The notes: generated by a model not told the origin, from the sequence alone. A DNA stretch of 63,405 bases, filler included, from Dimorphilus gyrociliatus (GCA_904063045.1; 6 parts of 6 records of this genome joined end to end with filler, not necessarily neighbours in it), one strand, 5' to 3'; numbered from the whole stretch's first letter, positions 13,401 to 26,461 are shown. Translations and numbers: made by a program.

Positions 13401-15427
13401 TTTTAAACCAACTCCTTATAAAATAGTTCTATTAAGAATTAATATATTTTTGAAAAGGTTATATAAAATCTACCAAAAACATAAGACTTTTGCCAAGTGA
13501 GTTTACTCAGAGAATTGATATGTTGTATATCATGATTAGAATATGGTGAAAATAGTTTTAAATTATGTTTATTACAATGTTCTTTCTGAGAATTTATTGT
13601 CAATAATTTTTCATGTTTAAAATGATAATAGCAATTATATTCTATAGAAAATGACATTTTTGCCTCAGCAATATCAGGGCAGTCTAATGAGTTGTTTTTA
13701 TGATTATTATTTTGTTGTTAATTTGTAGCAACTAGTTTAAAATAGCTCAACCTAGTCTTTGCTCCATTGAACATCTGATTTTAAAGAGAAAATCTGATCT
13801 GTAAAGTTTACTGTTGAAAATATTTTCAAAAGAGCAATTGTGGAGTGTTGAAGAATTCTTTGGACAGGCTAATGAAAATATTTGTCCTCTTATTAAAATT
13901 TTAGACTCTGTCAAGCGTGTTAAATATCCAGATTTGTAGCCAAAAGTTGAACAAACTACCTGAGAGGTAAATATATCAAATGCAATATATTTGTATAAAA
14001 AGTGTAGCCTTTTATTTACATTTGCTAAATGTCTGGTAGATTTATACATTGATATATCAAATAATACACCATTATATTTCACTGCTAATGATCCAAGCAT
14101 TTCAGAATTCTTTGCTGAGTGTTGTTGGTCTACTTGTAGAAAAAATATTTCAATACCTAAAAAGAAATAACCAAATATGTATATTTAATAATATTTATAT
14201 ATAAACTTGAAAAAAAGCAAACAAACCACGAACAAGAACTTTTAAAGAGGTTGAATAATTTAGTTCTTTTGAACAATTAAGAAATGCAACATAACTATCT
14301 GAACCTTTGAATTGGAATTTGTAAAAACAGTCATTAGCTGTTAAAGAACTTAGAGAGCAGTATATATTCCCTAAGTTATACGAATTACTTAGAGAAATAA
14401 AAGATTTTCTCAACAATTTATAATGATTTTGTATAGGGAAGAGAGAGAAATGGTTGCAAGCCACTCTTTGATAATTGATATGCCTGACATACAAACGTGG
14501 GCTATAGATATCTAAAGTTACAGGTCTAGGATTGTAATTTAGCCAAAGTAACAAATTGAATTTGTCAACAGGTTTTTCATAGAACATTGTTGAAGTGACC
14601 ATTTCATACTTTTTATTAAATCTTGTAAAATTAGGACATTTTATACTGTAATTTTTACTCTTATTCAAATTGATTTGTTCAAATTTATCACTATAAGTAA
14701 AGACGTGACTTGGATGAATTTTTTCATATTTTTCTAAGAAATTAGCAACATTAAAATGTATTCCATTAAGGCATAATTCCTTTAATTTATCCTCCTTTGA
14801 TATTGTGAAATAATAAGAAGTTTTATTTGCTCTGGCATAAATTTGATCTTTTATATGCAAATCATCATTGCCAATTATTGTTGTGTAAAGATCTTTTTGT
14901 TTAAACATTTTATCAAAATTATTTATGATGGCCAAACATTACGTAATACTCACAAACTCTATCCATTCTGAAGCATTGAACACAAAGTGACAATGACTTA
15001 TCACTGCCTTCAATTTTTGCAGTAACATAAAAGCATGCACCATTTCCGTCTTCACATTCAATATATACCATTGGAAAATGTTTAAATTCTGGAAAAAAAA
15101 ACCCAAATTTAGTTCAAAATATTATTGCTAGTATGTATTTACATAACCTTTATATGAACATTGATAACCATAGCTGTTAAAGTAGTCAAATCCCATATTG
15201 TTACAAATTGTATTGGTTGCAAATTGATCTAGATTTTTTTCCAAAATTGATAGTCTAAAAACTTTATTTGGTGTTAAAATCATAAGTTGACCTCTACAAG
15301 AATAACTATCACATATTTTAGTTTTATTAAAAAATTGAAAACTAATATCTTTAGGTGATAAGAAAAGTTGAGAATTAACAATCTTAATCACAATAATGGT
15401 TTGTATTAATATTCTCATATTTATCAT
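10407..15427 (-). CDS. Multi-exon GRL101/LGR-type receptor: signal peptide, SRCR-like modules, C-type lectin, several LDLa repeats, LRRs, divergent 7TM
   Basis: LDLa motifs CNGNIDCFDETDEYNC, ICDGIWHCLEGDDEISC and VCNGILDCLSGSDEVIC. LRRs LKMIDLSRNKF, LHYLNLNWNFI, LFYLKLSYNGL. LGR-type ECL1 W..TNIC. SRCR-like VVCSTFGY..CPKNSSTLHNCSF (13747-14100). C-lectin-like CYYHFKHEKLLTINSQKEHCNKHNLKL (13439-13657). Exon borders are approximate. Confidence 0.75.
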
Positions 15428-15618
15428 GGAAATTGTTTGTGTTTAAATGCGAAATAAGGATGGAGAAGAAATCTTATATTTTTCTACATAAAAATATAAG
15501 TAATTACATTGTAAAGTCAATGAAATTAACTTAATCAATGTTTAAGAATCAGTATACTTGAAAAGTAATCAATACTACTCAACTTTAACATTAATACCTT
15601 AAAATTTATTATTCAAAT

Positions 15619-15718
15619 NNNNNNNNNNNNNNNNNNNNNNNNNNNNNNNNNNNNNNNNNNNNTTAATTAATTAANNNNNNNNNNNNNNNNNNNNNNNNNN
15701 NNNNNNNNNNNNNNNNNN
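15619..15718. other. Artificial contig-joining spacer
   Basis: 44 N + TTAATTAATTAA (stops in all six frames) + 44 N. Confidence 0.97.
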
Positions 15719-16048
15719 ATATTAGTATAATAGAAAAATAAATTCAATCAGAAAATTCTCACAAAAATTTTCTCTTTTGTCTTACATAAATTGTAAATTT
15801 GGAATTTTTGCATTTGATTTCCATATTTCAAAATTATAATTTAATATTTGAAAAGCAATGGAAAAGTTTGAAGCAAAAAATTCTAATACAATTTCAATTA
15901 CTGATGATACATTTTTCCTATCAAGAAATCAACAAATTCAAAATGGCTGACCTAAAAAAACTGGTAGTTGTATTGCACACATTTTTTCATTCTATTAGGA
16001 CCAGAACCTTGGTGTAATATTAAATGAACAGTAAGGACAACTATAATT

Positions 16049-18038
16049 GGGAGCAGGTGAAACCGTACCTGGGTTAAACCGTACCCGGGTTAAACCGTAC
16101 CCACTAGAGGGTTAAACCGTACCCATAAAGGGGTTAAACCATACCCATTTTTTATTTAATATACTGTATATGTTTATTAAACTTGTGATAATGAAATCTA
16201 TATTATACTGATACAATGTATATAGCCAAATATATAAAGATACATTTATCTAAAAAATGAAAAGAATTAAAAATGAAAAGAAAAAGAGAATATGAAATGT
16301 AGGTAAAATCTATGGAGCATATATATCAGATGTTTGTAGTAATAATTCATCTGCTAATATTTTTCCTAATTTGTATTCATCCCAAATGTCAAATATTTTT
16401 TTTTCTCATCTCAAAGTCTAAAGTGACTTTTTCAGGCTCTGACATGTTAATCATTTTCTTAATAGTCTGCAGAAAATTATTTAAAAGTTAACAAACTGAA
16501 AATATAATTAGTTATTACACTTACTTTAAATGCCAATTTATAAGCTCTCTTGTGTTTTGATGTCATGAAAATGATGACCAGGGGCACATGTTTCATGTTC
16601 CCATTTTTTTTCACATAAGATTGGATTGTCAATAATTGGTAAAATGGTTCTTTTACAATTTTAAATGTTCCATCAACAAACCAATGCCCTGATTTACTCA
16701 ACAATTCAAACTGATAGTCTGTTCCAAATATAAGAATCCTTTCATTGTTTTCACAGATGTCTTTCTTCAGAAAGTTGTCTGGTATGAAATCCATATTTAA
16801 TTCAAAGTCATAATCTTTTGGTTCTATTGGCCTCTTCTTTTGCCTGGTTGAATTGGCCATCCTTTTTAAATATTGCAGGTTTGGTAGAAAATCAGTATTT
16901 TCCTGGTTATTAAGAAGAACTGTTTCAGCCAGCTTTCTTCCACTTGTAGCAAAATCTTTTTGACATAAGTTTTTCAGTTCCCTTTTTATTTCAACACCAA
17001 CTTTTAGATATTTTTTTCCTTGATGATTATGCTGTTGACTTCCTTTAACAAAGATACTGTCTTGTTGACGAATTCTTGCTGGACATCTTTTTTTATTAGT
17101 TCTGACACTACATACCCATATGCTACTTTTTGAAATTTTTGTTTTCAGAGTGAAGGAAAACTCATTATTAATTAGTAAATCTTTGCCAAGCTGACTTCCA
17201 CCTTTTACTACATAAAATTCATCCATCCTGCCAGTCACATTACTCTCTTCTAGATCTTGATCTTCATTTCTACAAATAAGAGCAGGCTGTTCAGTATCTT
17301 GATTTTGACTTCTTTCATTAATGTGACTTGCTTCTATATCTTGATGTTCATTTGCACCATTAATGTCACTCTCGTCCATTTCCCTGTGTTGATAAATCTG
17401 CATAATTTCCCTGTCAATGATATGGTTATCATCATCTTTCAATCTTTTAACCTGCAGAAGAAACTGCTTCTTTTCACAGTCCAGACAAACTGATACCTTT
17501 GAATCTAGAAGACAAGAGTTAAGTAGTTACAAATTAAGATGTGCATTTAAATATCATACTCAGTAAACATTTTTCATGTATCTTTTCATTGCATAGCACA
17601 CAAATTTTCCATTTCTGTCTCCCATATAGAATAAGTTTGCAATTTTTACATTTCATTTTTAATCTGGATCTATTATACATAAAACATTAGTTTTCTGTAA
17701 TAAAAATTTCATAAAGCAGTTAAAGGGAATCAATATTTAAAAATATTTAAACCCTTTACCTAAAGCCATATAGCAAAAGACAAAATGATAGACAATTATT
17801 ATTTCATGATTTACTCTAATAAACTTATTTCCAAAGTTATGAAAAAGTGCTATTATCATCAATAATAATTCAGTTACCTTTGTTTTATTTTGGATAGATT
17901 CCCAAAATAATATTTCACTGAGAATTCTGTAAAATCAATATCAGAAATAAATCAAAATGGCTGACTTGAAATGAGTACAAATATTAAAAACTGATATATT
18001 CTAAGTAACAGAATATTATGGAATTAATTTAATAATTT

Positions 18039-18069
<31 letters not shown>

Positions 18070-18174
18070 CAGCATATATAATATCATTCAAAATAATACA
18101 TTTGTTAATGTATGTTAATTATTTTAAAGTTGGTATGGTTTAACTTCTTAATGGGTACGGTTTCACCCCTATTC
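16049..18174 (-). mobile_element. Mutator (MULE) DNA transposon, internally deleted
   Basis: 9-bp TSD ACTATAATT (16040-16048, 18175-18183). Termini G.....GGTGAAACCGTACC on both ends. Subterminal GG(G)TTAAACC(G/A)TACC repeats at 16071-16146 and inverted at 18131-18160. Confidence 0.85.
16310..17650 (-). pseudogene. PHD-FLYWCH-MULE transposase, catalytic C-terminal half missing
   Basis: PHD-like exon CKNCKLILYGRQKWKICVLCNEKIHEKC (~17555-17650). FLYWCH LLINNEFSF..WVCS..CPA..HNH. MULE WFVDGTFKIV..FYQL. The exon after gtaagt/ctgcag gives VTLDFE, then jumps out of frame to the C-terminal KIFDIWDEY..IYAP*. Confidence 0.8.
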
Positions 18175-19719
18175 ACTATAATTGAGATGAAAATCAACAA
18201 AGTACAATAGTGTTACCCTTTCAAGCATTAGAATAAGATCTCTCTAATGACTTTTCATTCACACCCGATATTGAAGTGAAGTACACAGTCAATGATTTTA
18301 AAATCATTTCCTTAATTAGTCAGTTGGGGTGAAGATAATTTAAAATTAATAAAATATTCTTCAAAATTCTCTGTTGAATGAGAGGGAATTGAATATGAAA
18401 TATTAATTTTTAACCCAGTTATTATTCTTTCAATATTTATTTAGGTGAGAGATATTCCTTCAAAAAGTTCACATTCTTTGAACGTCAATGGTGTTTCACT
18501 TGAAATGATATGATCAATGATCATATTTGATATTCTATAAGGAATAAAATATTTCCAATATAAACAGTACTTTTTCAACATTACCAGGTTTCTTTTAATT
18601 AACTTTTATGCAGTATCCATAATAAATTATTGATATCAATTTTTTCGTATTACTACCAAATTCTATATTTTTAAGACGTATGTTAAATGATTACGTCATT
18701 CTCTGGTAGAGATTTTAATATATTTTCCATAAAAAGCATATTCTTCTCTATATAAAAAATACTATTTTATCAATTTTCCTTTTGTAGATTTTCTGGTTTG
18801 ATATTCCAAAAGAATTATCTAAAGTATACAAGTATTTAAAGATCATTTGAATAATTGAACAATTTCTTTCTGTAAATTGTCTTCTATTCTTTGCTTTATA
18901 GATATTACATTGCCAGCATTTTCTTTATTGAAACTATTGAAATAAAATAAATTCTAGTCTATAGAATAAGGAAGGCTTGTTACATATTTCAATCTTGTCT
19001 ACTTCATAATTGGACTCATTAATCAACCTGTAAACTGAATTTTGTGAATGCAACCCTTCAATATCATTGTTGGTACTACTTTTCGTATATAATATAGAAT
19101 ATCCATTATTACAAAGTTGACTATCCATGTCGCTCACAATTCATCTCACTTGTAAAAGAAGTCTATCTTTGTTAAGGCGGAGATTTTCTCCATAATTTGC
19201 CTAAAAAGGAATATGATTAGAAGTAGTAGTTTAGAAATATTATAGCCGAAATAGTAAGGAACAATAGTGAATTGTCATAACTTTTATTAAGCTAACTTGT
19301 TAATAGAATATCTTGTGTATACCGTTCAGAATGAAAATAGAATATTAATTAACAAGAATACTGTTTGCATATAGATTTTTTGTCATTATATTGATACTCA
19401 ATATTCTAAAAGTATAAATTACCGACCCATAAATTCCTTACAGTTCATCATACCGTCTCATTGATTCTCAAGTTTTTTCTTCTTGCTCTCTCCCCCTCCC
19501 TCTCTCTTCTTATTCCACTTTGGGATACAAGTTTCTTTCTATGAAACAGTTCGTTTTTGTAAAAATTTTAGAGCTATGGAAAAACACATGCTTCTGCTCT
19601 GCTTCATATTTTGTTGGCCAATTCAATATATAGGCGGGGAAACTGGTGAATATTAAAATAATTAGAATATTTTTCCAGCATTTGTTCACTTTAAAATATT
19701 TCTTTTTCATTTTTTTTAG

Positions 19720-20051
19720 TTTGTTGGTATACTGGCGATTATATCATAACTGTAGATCATAAAGCGTACCTGGACCGCATAACTGTGCCTGAATGGGGTT
19801 CTCATCGCAAAAATGGCATGACACTTGACGATTGTAAAGCGTACTGCAACAGTAATAATCAGTGCCTGTTTGTAGCCTAAAAAAAGAGATTAATTATATA
19901 AAACTAATTTTTACATTTCTTTTAATTAACAGTTCATTTGACTATGGGAAAACAGAACAGCGTTGTGCTCCAAATAATAGTACAAAATTGACAGCCACAG
20001 ATTTTACGAGTGATAGCAAATTTGATTTTTATGAAAAAGAAAGGAAATGCA
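19720..20051 (+). CDS. Two exons encoding one PAN/apple domain (gene fragment)
   Basis: ttttag|CWYTGDY..GMTLDDCKAYCNSNNQCL|gtttgt ... acag|SFDYGKTEQRCAPNNST..FDFYEKERKC|gtaaat splices in frame. The first exon is absent from the ORF track. Confidence 0.65.
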
Positions 20052-21084
20052 GTAAATATATTTCATTTTATTATCCCTAATTCATTTACATATGATTCAT
20101 CATGATTTTAACCTAGGTAAAATGTAAGCCTTCAATCATAAATTATAATTTTCTTTCAACATTTAATTTTAGTTTTACAACATTTCAAAAAGTTCTATTG
20201 AATTTTCTAAAGAGCAGATTTTATAGCAAAAAAACTTTAAAAATCTCCAATCATTAGTGTTAATAATTTTTGCAAAATTCATGAAAACTATAACTGTATA
20301 TATGTATTGACATAATTGGAAAATTATTGTTTATTGATTGTTCTTTTGTCAGTTTAACAGTTGAATATTTCTAAAGAATTTTCCACATGATATTTTCTTA
20401 ATGGTGTTGTTCATTGATTATTTTAATAATTAAACATCTTTTCTCGTAAATTTTCTCCAATATCTTTTATCTAACTGATATTGTACTTTTCAGCATTTTC
20501 TCAAAGGAAAACTTTACAAAATCATTTTTGAGGTCACCTTCATTTTATCCAGGTATAACAAAATGGAGTTAGAGTGAAATATTCAGTATTTTTTTTACAT
20601 TGTTCAGCTACATTTCCAGCATCATTTAATAAAAATTTGGGTCTGTGTAATAAAAGAGATAAAATAAACAGTTGTCACACACTAGATTAACACTTCTGAT
20701 AAAAACTATTGCCATAGGCACAGATAATTATTGTTATGACATTCTGTGAAAAGCGAAAGCTGTGGAAAAGCTATGCAGCATGTAGAAGAGGCGTATCACC
20801 GAGAAGACTCTAATCTTTAAATAGCAACACTACTTTATGGTATGAATCATTCATTAGAGTTTATATTCTCTGAAAGGTAACTGATAGAGTAGTAAAGATA
20901 AATATTCGTATAATTATTTTATTAATGGAGAATTCAATACATAAAAATACTCTTATCTGTACCGATTAACAAAGAGATTCTATAATCTATTCTACAATAT
21001 AGAAAAGTGGAAAAAATATTGGCAATAAATGTTTTATTTCTTCCAAATGGGTGTTTCGTATCCAAACTATTGGACGCATAATTT

Positions 21085-21184
21085 NNNNNNNNNNNNNNNN
21101 NNNNNNNNNNNNNNNNNNNNNNNNNNNNTTAATTAATTAANNNNNNNNNNNNNNNNNNNNNNNNNNNNNNNNNNNNNNNNNNNN
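21085..21184. other. Artificial contig-joining spacer
   Basis: 44 N + TTAATTAATTAA + 44 N. Confidence 0.97.
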
Positions 21185-21318
21185 ATTTCTTGATAGGCCT
21201 AGTTCTAAATTTGAATCTTTCCCCCTTATTAGGCGGTAATTTAGAAGAGATAATTAAAAGCGTAAGGACATTCTATAGTTTGTCAGTTTGAGTCATTGTG
21301 TTTGTTTGTTTTACACAG

Positions 21319-23691
21319 GTTGGATGGGGTACAAAGTCAGTATTTACAGCAATTCGAATGCAGAATCTTCAAGTATTAAATGTTCTACTCAAATACGATA
21401 TCCATCCTTACGGAGTATTCAGTGAAGAAGATAAGAGAAACGTTCTTGATTTTTCAATAGATATGGGATTGAAGTATAGTATTTCTTTTGCTTTAATAGT
21501 AAGAGTCTACACAGATTCTCTTCCTATAGGGAGGAGGTGAAAATGCTGTTGGAATGCGATAAATGGTCAAATCTATTAAGGTACTGCTACGATAAGACAG
21601 GATCATATTTCTATGGTAAAACAGCTAAATACATAGACGGTCCTTTTAAAAAGTTAATTAGGAAGATGCCAGGTAAAATATTTTGACAAACAAACAAACA
21701 GGCGTTAACCAACTGCCAACTATTTAGAATTGGCTTTAATTGTTTTGGACAAGTGCATAATTGATTACAGAATTGGAGATTATTCTGAAGGTTTCAAGTC
21801 TGTGTACAACTTGTCTGGTTCGGAGGATAAGGAACAAGATCATTCATTGATTGAACATACGCTCATTTGTGGCAACGCCCCTCAAGAATTTTATATATCT
21901 TCTTATAGAGCTCATCGTGAAAGCAGGTTCAGAAGCAGACCTTTATATCCAAATAATTGCAGTTGCAAGGACTTTCAAGGAAAAATTGACAAAACATTGA
22001 AGAATTACACTGGTGATTTTGAAGATATTGACGTTTCGGCAATTCCATTAAGCAATGAAAAGCGTCACCATACATGGTATAATTTCGAGTTTGTCGCCGA
22101 TTCATTCTACGAAACAAACAATCAAAATATTAAAAGAACCATTGAACATCCTCTACATTTAATGGTAAGCTTTTCATAATGCTGTTCTGATACCTGCTCA
22201 TCATTTTTAAATGCAGTTTGAAAAGCAAAGACAAGATCTTCTAAAGCATAGCGTCACTCAGAAATTCCTGAATTACAGCTGGAAAATATCTTTTTACTAT
22301 TTTATCATTTCTCTATTATCAAATCTTACATATGTTGGAATGTTTACCAGTTTATTTCTAAGTTCAAATCCAATAGTATCAGTGTAATAATTCAATTTTT
22401 AAAATAATAATTTCTGTTTTTTAAAAATATTCAATTAACCTTTGTTTTGTCTTTTTTTTTGCTCAGAGGTGAAAAGATGAATCGTACCAACACTTCCTTA
22501 TCAAGTTGTCAGAAATCTAGTACATTTTCATCTCTCCTTATTGTTTTGTGTATCTTCGTAGGGGTTGGAGTCATATTAGAGGTAAATTTATGTCACTATC
22601 GTCTTCTGTATAGATTATAAAGACAGTTTTGTCATTCCTTCCAAAAGCTCTATCAGATGTTAGCTCTTCAATGGCAATACATAAGAATTACAAACATTGC
22701 TGATTGGTTAGGGTATATTGTACCTTTTATCATATTTTTTAACTTTGAGCAAAGATGTTTTGATGAGAGAGTAAATCATTTTTTCTTTCCTTTCTTCCAC
22801 TTCAATTACATCAAAAAAATTGATTTTCAGATGAAAGTTTGGCAATACGAAGTTGGATCAATCTCTCTGTTTTGTCTATGGATGTATCTTATTCTGGAAT
22901 TGAGACGTTTCCCTATTCTCGGCATCTACGTTTCTATGGTTACAACAATTTTAAAGACGTTTGGCCAATTCTTTATTATATTCTTCTTATTCATAATTGC
23001 TTTTAGCCTAAGTTTCTACACTTTACTTAGAAACGAGGTAAAATGTGACTGTTGTAATGATTTTAGCAGTAAAAGATTCTAACTATCAATCTATTATTAG
23101 ATCTATTTTGGTACTTTTGAAGATTCTATATTGAAAACATTCGTAATGATGACTGGAGAATACGATTTCAATACAATGTTCTTCTCCACTGATGATGAAG
23201 TGACAAAAGAACGAATTCATTTTCCAATTGCAACCTATTCCATTTTTATAGTATTCCTGATCCTTATGCCGATAATTGTTATGAATTTACTAACTGCATT
23301 GGCGGTGGACGATGTCAATAAGTTAAGAGAAAAGGCCTATATGGAAGTTCAACAATTAAGAATTGCATTGCTGTTGGATTTTAGTATGTTGGGTGGAAAA
23401 TATATTCAATTTAGAGTTGTATTGTTAATCAGAAGCATTATCTCACAAATGTCGAGAGGAGCTTCTCTTTTCAGATTTAGGTCTAATCAACAGAAAACTG
23501 ATAAAAAGATTACTAAGGAAAACGATGTAACAGGTCTAATGTCGGCAATTGATGAAAGAAATTCATTGCTTTCCATTGACAAACTGGATACATGTAAATT
23601 TAATAGCGAAACCAAAAGATACCAGCTAACTGATATAACTAAAATTAAACTTTTCTCTAGTTGGGCTATTGAATGTAGCCCTACAGTGTAG
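21319..23691 (+). CDS. TRPA-family cation channel, 3' part (ankyrin end, pre-S1, S1-S6, TRP-like region), multi-exon
   Basis: GPFKKLIRKMP|ELALIVLDKCI, YNFEF, EHPLHLM|..LLKHSVTQKFLNYSW, W.Y.ILELRRFPILGIYVSM, pore KTFVMMTGEYDF, S6 LMPIIVMNLLTALAVDDV. Short GT-AG introns. Confidence 0.88.
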
Positions 23692-24321
23692 TTTGTTCAA
23701 AGACTCGATAATCCTTTTCCTGTTTGAATCAACACTCTGATTTTTACTCAAATACAATTTAATCTTGCTTTTAAATATCCAATATTTTGACTAAGTATAG
23801 AATGATCAACTTGTAAACATATCAGCAGCTATTAAACATAGGCCTAGCATAAGAGGCCCAAAATGTTTCAGTCAACATTGTTTTGTTGGAATAGTGGAAA
23901 ATCAGCTAATTAGAATTAATAAAAGTCAATGGGCTTCATTAATTATTTTCATGGTTAAGAGAAAGATGGCTATTTTCAACCAAATCTTGCAGTATTTTTT
24001 TTCTTTGTTTATAAAACAAATGAGATGTCGCTAGTAGCACACACTCCAGAAGTCACTAGTAGATTTCCACATCCGGTTAAAAAAAGCAAGCCTGTCCGAC
24101 ATATCTAACAGCACGTTTAATTATTTTAGACATAGCTGATAAGAATTAAATACTATTCAACGAGATCAAAATTAAATGGAAGAAGAATACAAAAGGTAAT
24201 ATTGTGTATTGTGGTTAGTTCTATTGTAATTGTGTGAATTTATGCATTGTCACTGTTGTGAAATCTGATTTAAAGGTAAGTCAAACCGGAAATGGGGCGT
24301 CATCAACATGGATGAGTAGAA

Positions 24322-24481
24322 TCAAGCACCCATGCAAATGACAAGAGTAAAACTGAAAAAGTATAAAAAGGGGAGAAAACATAACAGTACTGTATGTGAG
24401 AGAAATAACAAGAATTACAAATAAAATTGAAATGAAATTATCAAATGATTTCGTGATACGAGTTGGTAAAATCTTGTAAAG
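24322..24481 (+). repeat. Second copy of the promoter/leader module found at 8236-8385
   Basis: TCAAGCACCCA, TATAAAA, TGTGAGA, CGTGATAC and AAAATCTTGTAAAG occur in the same order with similar spacing at both loci. Confidence 0.55.
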
Positions 24482-24721
24482 GTTTTATAAGGAGCATATG
24501 CTACAGAATAGTGAGAATGAGTGAGAAAGAAGCAGTTTAAAGAAAGAAAATATTAGTAGCTAGAGTATTGAGCTTTTTATGCACTGAGCAGTGCTGAAAT
24601 GATCAAATAAATAAAGTAGTCTGCATAAATTTTGGTACACTGTAAATTTTGATAGGCTGAACATTTCTTTATTTTACATAATATGTTTAGTCATAAATAT
24701 TGACTAATGTCTTAGGTATCT

Positions 24722-25916
24722 CTATATAGCTTCGAATTCAACATTATTGTCAATGCATGTTTGCCACCTGGTGGGAAGCATATCAGTTCCTTTGGCAAAG
24801 TATAAGGGTGGTTTGGACCTCATAAATGCCCTTACTGCAATTTGCAACTCATCATTCTCATATATTTTGCCCTGAAGATGGTCCTTTAATTTCCAGAACA
24901 AATAATAGTCTGATGGCGCCAGGTCTGGGCTGTAGGCTGGATGAGGCAAGGTAACCCATCCAGTTGTTCTAAGATATTGAGTAGTTTGTAAGCTTGTATG
25001 AGATCTGGCATTATCTTGTAGCAAAATCACCTCTTTATCAGGACTGATTCTATTTATTCTTTGTTTTAATCTCTTTAAAATGCTGATGTAAATCTGTGAA
25101 TTTATTCCGACTTGCAAATTTAAAAATTCTAGGTGAATAAGCCCTTCCCTGTCCCGAAACACACATGCCAAGAGTTTGTCTGCAGACTTACCTGTCCTAA
25201 CCTTTTTGGTGGTGGAGAAAACTTTGTATGATACTCTAATGAAACTTTTCGTCAATGGTTCATGATAGAATACCCAAGTTTCATCTCCTGTAACAATCTT
25301 TGCCAGAAAATCATCTCCTTCACCATATTTTTCTAGGAGTTCTGTAGATCTCTCTACCCTTTTGTCTTTCTGATACCAATCAAGTTGGTAGGGAATCCAT
25401 CTTGATACAATCATTCTCATCACAAGACTGGAAATCAAATCTTCAACAGCAGCATGACCTATGTTCAATGTTTGAGATATCTCAGCCTGGCTTATTCTCC
25501 TGTTATCTCTAATTAGAGCAATAACTTTGTCCTTATTTTCATTGTTACTGGCTGTTCTCTGCCTATCATTATCAAGTACATTTGTTCTTCCTCCTTTAAA
25601 TTCTCTAACCCACCTTCTTTCTGAACTTTCATCAAGTGTTGTTTTACAAAAAAGGCTTTCAGTTGCCTATGAATATTGATTGCAATACTTGCTGTGATGC
25701 ATGAAATTGAATAATTACACTCTGTTTTATACTGTCATCCATACTGTGCCACCACTGAAGTCTGAATAACTTTTCATTCAGGGATCACAATTTGTGAAAG
25801 TTTTTTAGTGATAGTGCATTAATGAATTCACTTTCTATTAATAATGATAGCATAGGCCTACAATGTACCATTTTAAAATTACAGGGAAATGGGTAAAACT
25901 TTCACGGTGACCCTAA
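24722..25916 (-). mobile_element. mariner (DD34D) element; transposase frameshifted in its N-terminus, only the 5' TIR visible
   Basis: IVTGDETWVFYHEP, LLQDNARSH, HPAYSPDLAPSDYYLF. N-terminal HTH (INIHRQL..RRWVREFKGGRTNVLD) runs up to ATG 25742 across frameshifts. TIR-like TTAGGGTCACCGTGAAAGTTTT near 25895-25916. Confidence 0.85.
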
Positions 25917-26037
25917 TATAATTTTTTTAATTGGTACAGGGGGTTTAAAGTTCATATTTTTTCTATGTTTCAATGTAACCACCCTCTATTTCTAAACACT
26001 TGCTGACTCTATGCCCCATTCCCCTGTAATTTTGTGG

Positions 26038-26178
26038 ACCAGCATAAACTAGTTTTTTGGTCAGATGCCACATATTCTCAATTGGGCTGAGGTCAGGGCT
26101 CTTTGCTGGACAATCAAGAGGGTGGATGCCATTCATCTGAAAGGCTCCTTTAGTTGTCCTAGCAGTATGGCACCCAGC
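26038..26178 (-). mobile_element. Tc1 transposase C-terminal relic (not in ORF track)
   Basis: Minus strand reads AGCHTARTTKGAFQMNGIHPLDCPAKSPDLSPIENMWHLTKKLVYAG, matching the Tc1 WPxxSPDLNPIENxW motif. Confidence 0.7.
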
Positions 26179-26461
26179 AAGATGTACTGCCTCCCTATTT
26201 TAGCTGATACATCTTCTAATATCACCATTTTCTCAATTTTTTTCAATATTACGTAAATATTACTCTTTATCTATATAAATTTAGACAAAAAAAAACTATT
26301 TTAGTGGGAAAAAACATTTTTGATGGTTATTTTAAATTTGGCCTATCAAAATTTAGGGTGCACCAAAATTTATGCGGATTACTGCATTCTCTCAAATACA
26401 CTGATATTTTTCAGCAAACTTTTTTTCATTATAGGACTAATTAAATTTTTCTTATTTCTAG

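Noticed and set aside
15663-15674. Identical TTAATTAATTAA palindromes recurring five times
   Set aside because: Always centred in 44+44 N; an assembly linker with six-frame stops, not biology. Adjacency across the spacers carries no linkage information.
16058-16146. Short repeats with variable spacers that look CRISPR-like
   Set aside because: Spacers are only 0-7 nt, the motif recurs inverted at 18131-18165, and a 9-bp TSD frames the whole. These are MULE subterminal repeats.
18180-20700. Stop-riddled minus-strand coding-like stretches, one resembling the TRIM coiled coil (KLTKEQ)
   Set aside because: The similarity is too short to distinguish from low-complexity AT-rich chance.
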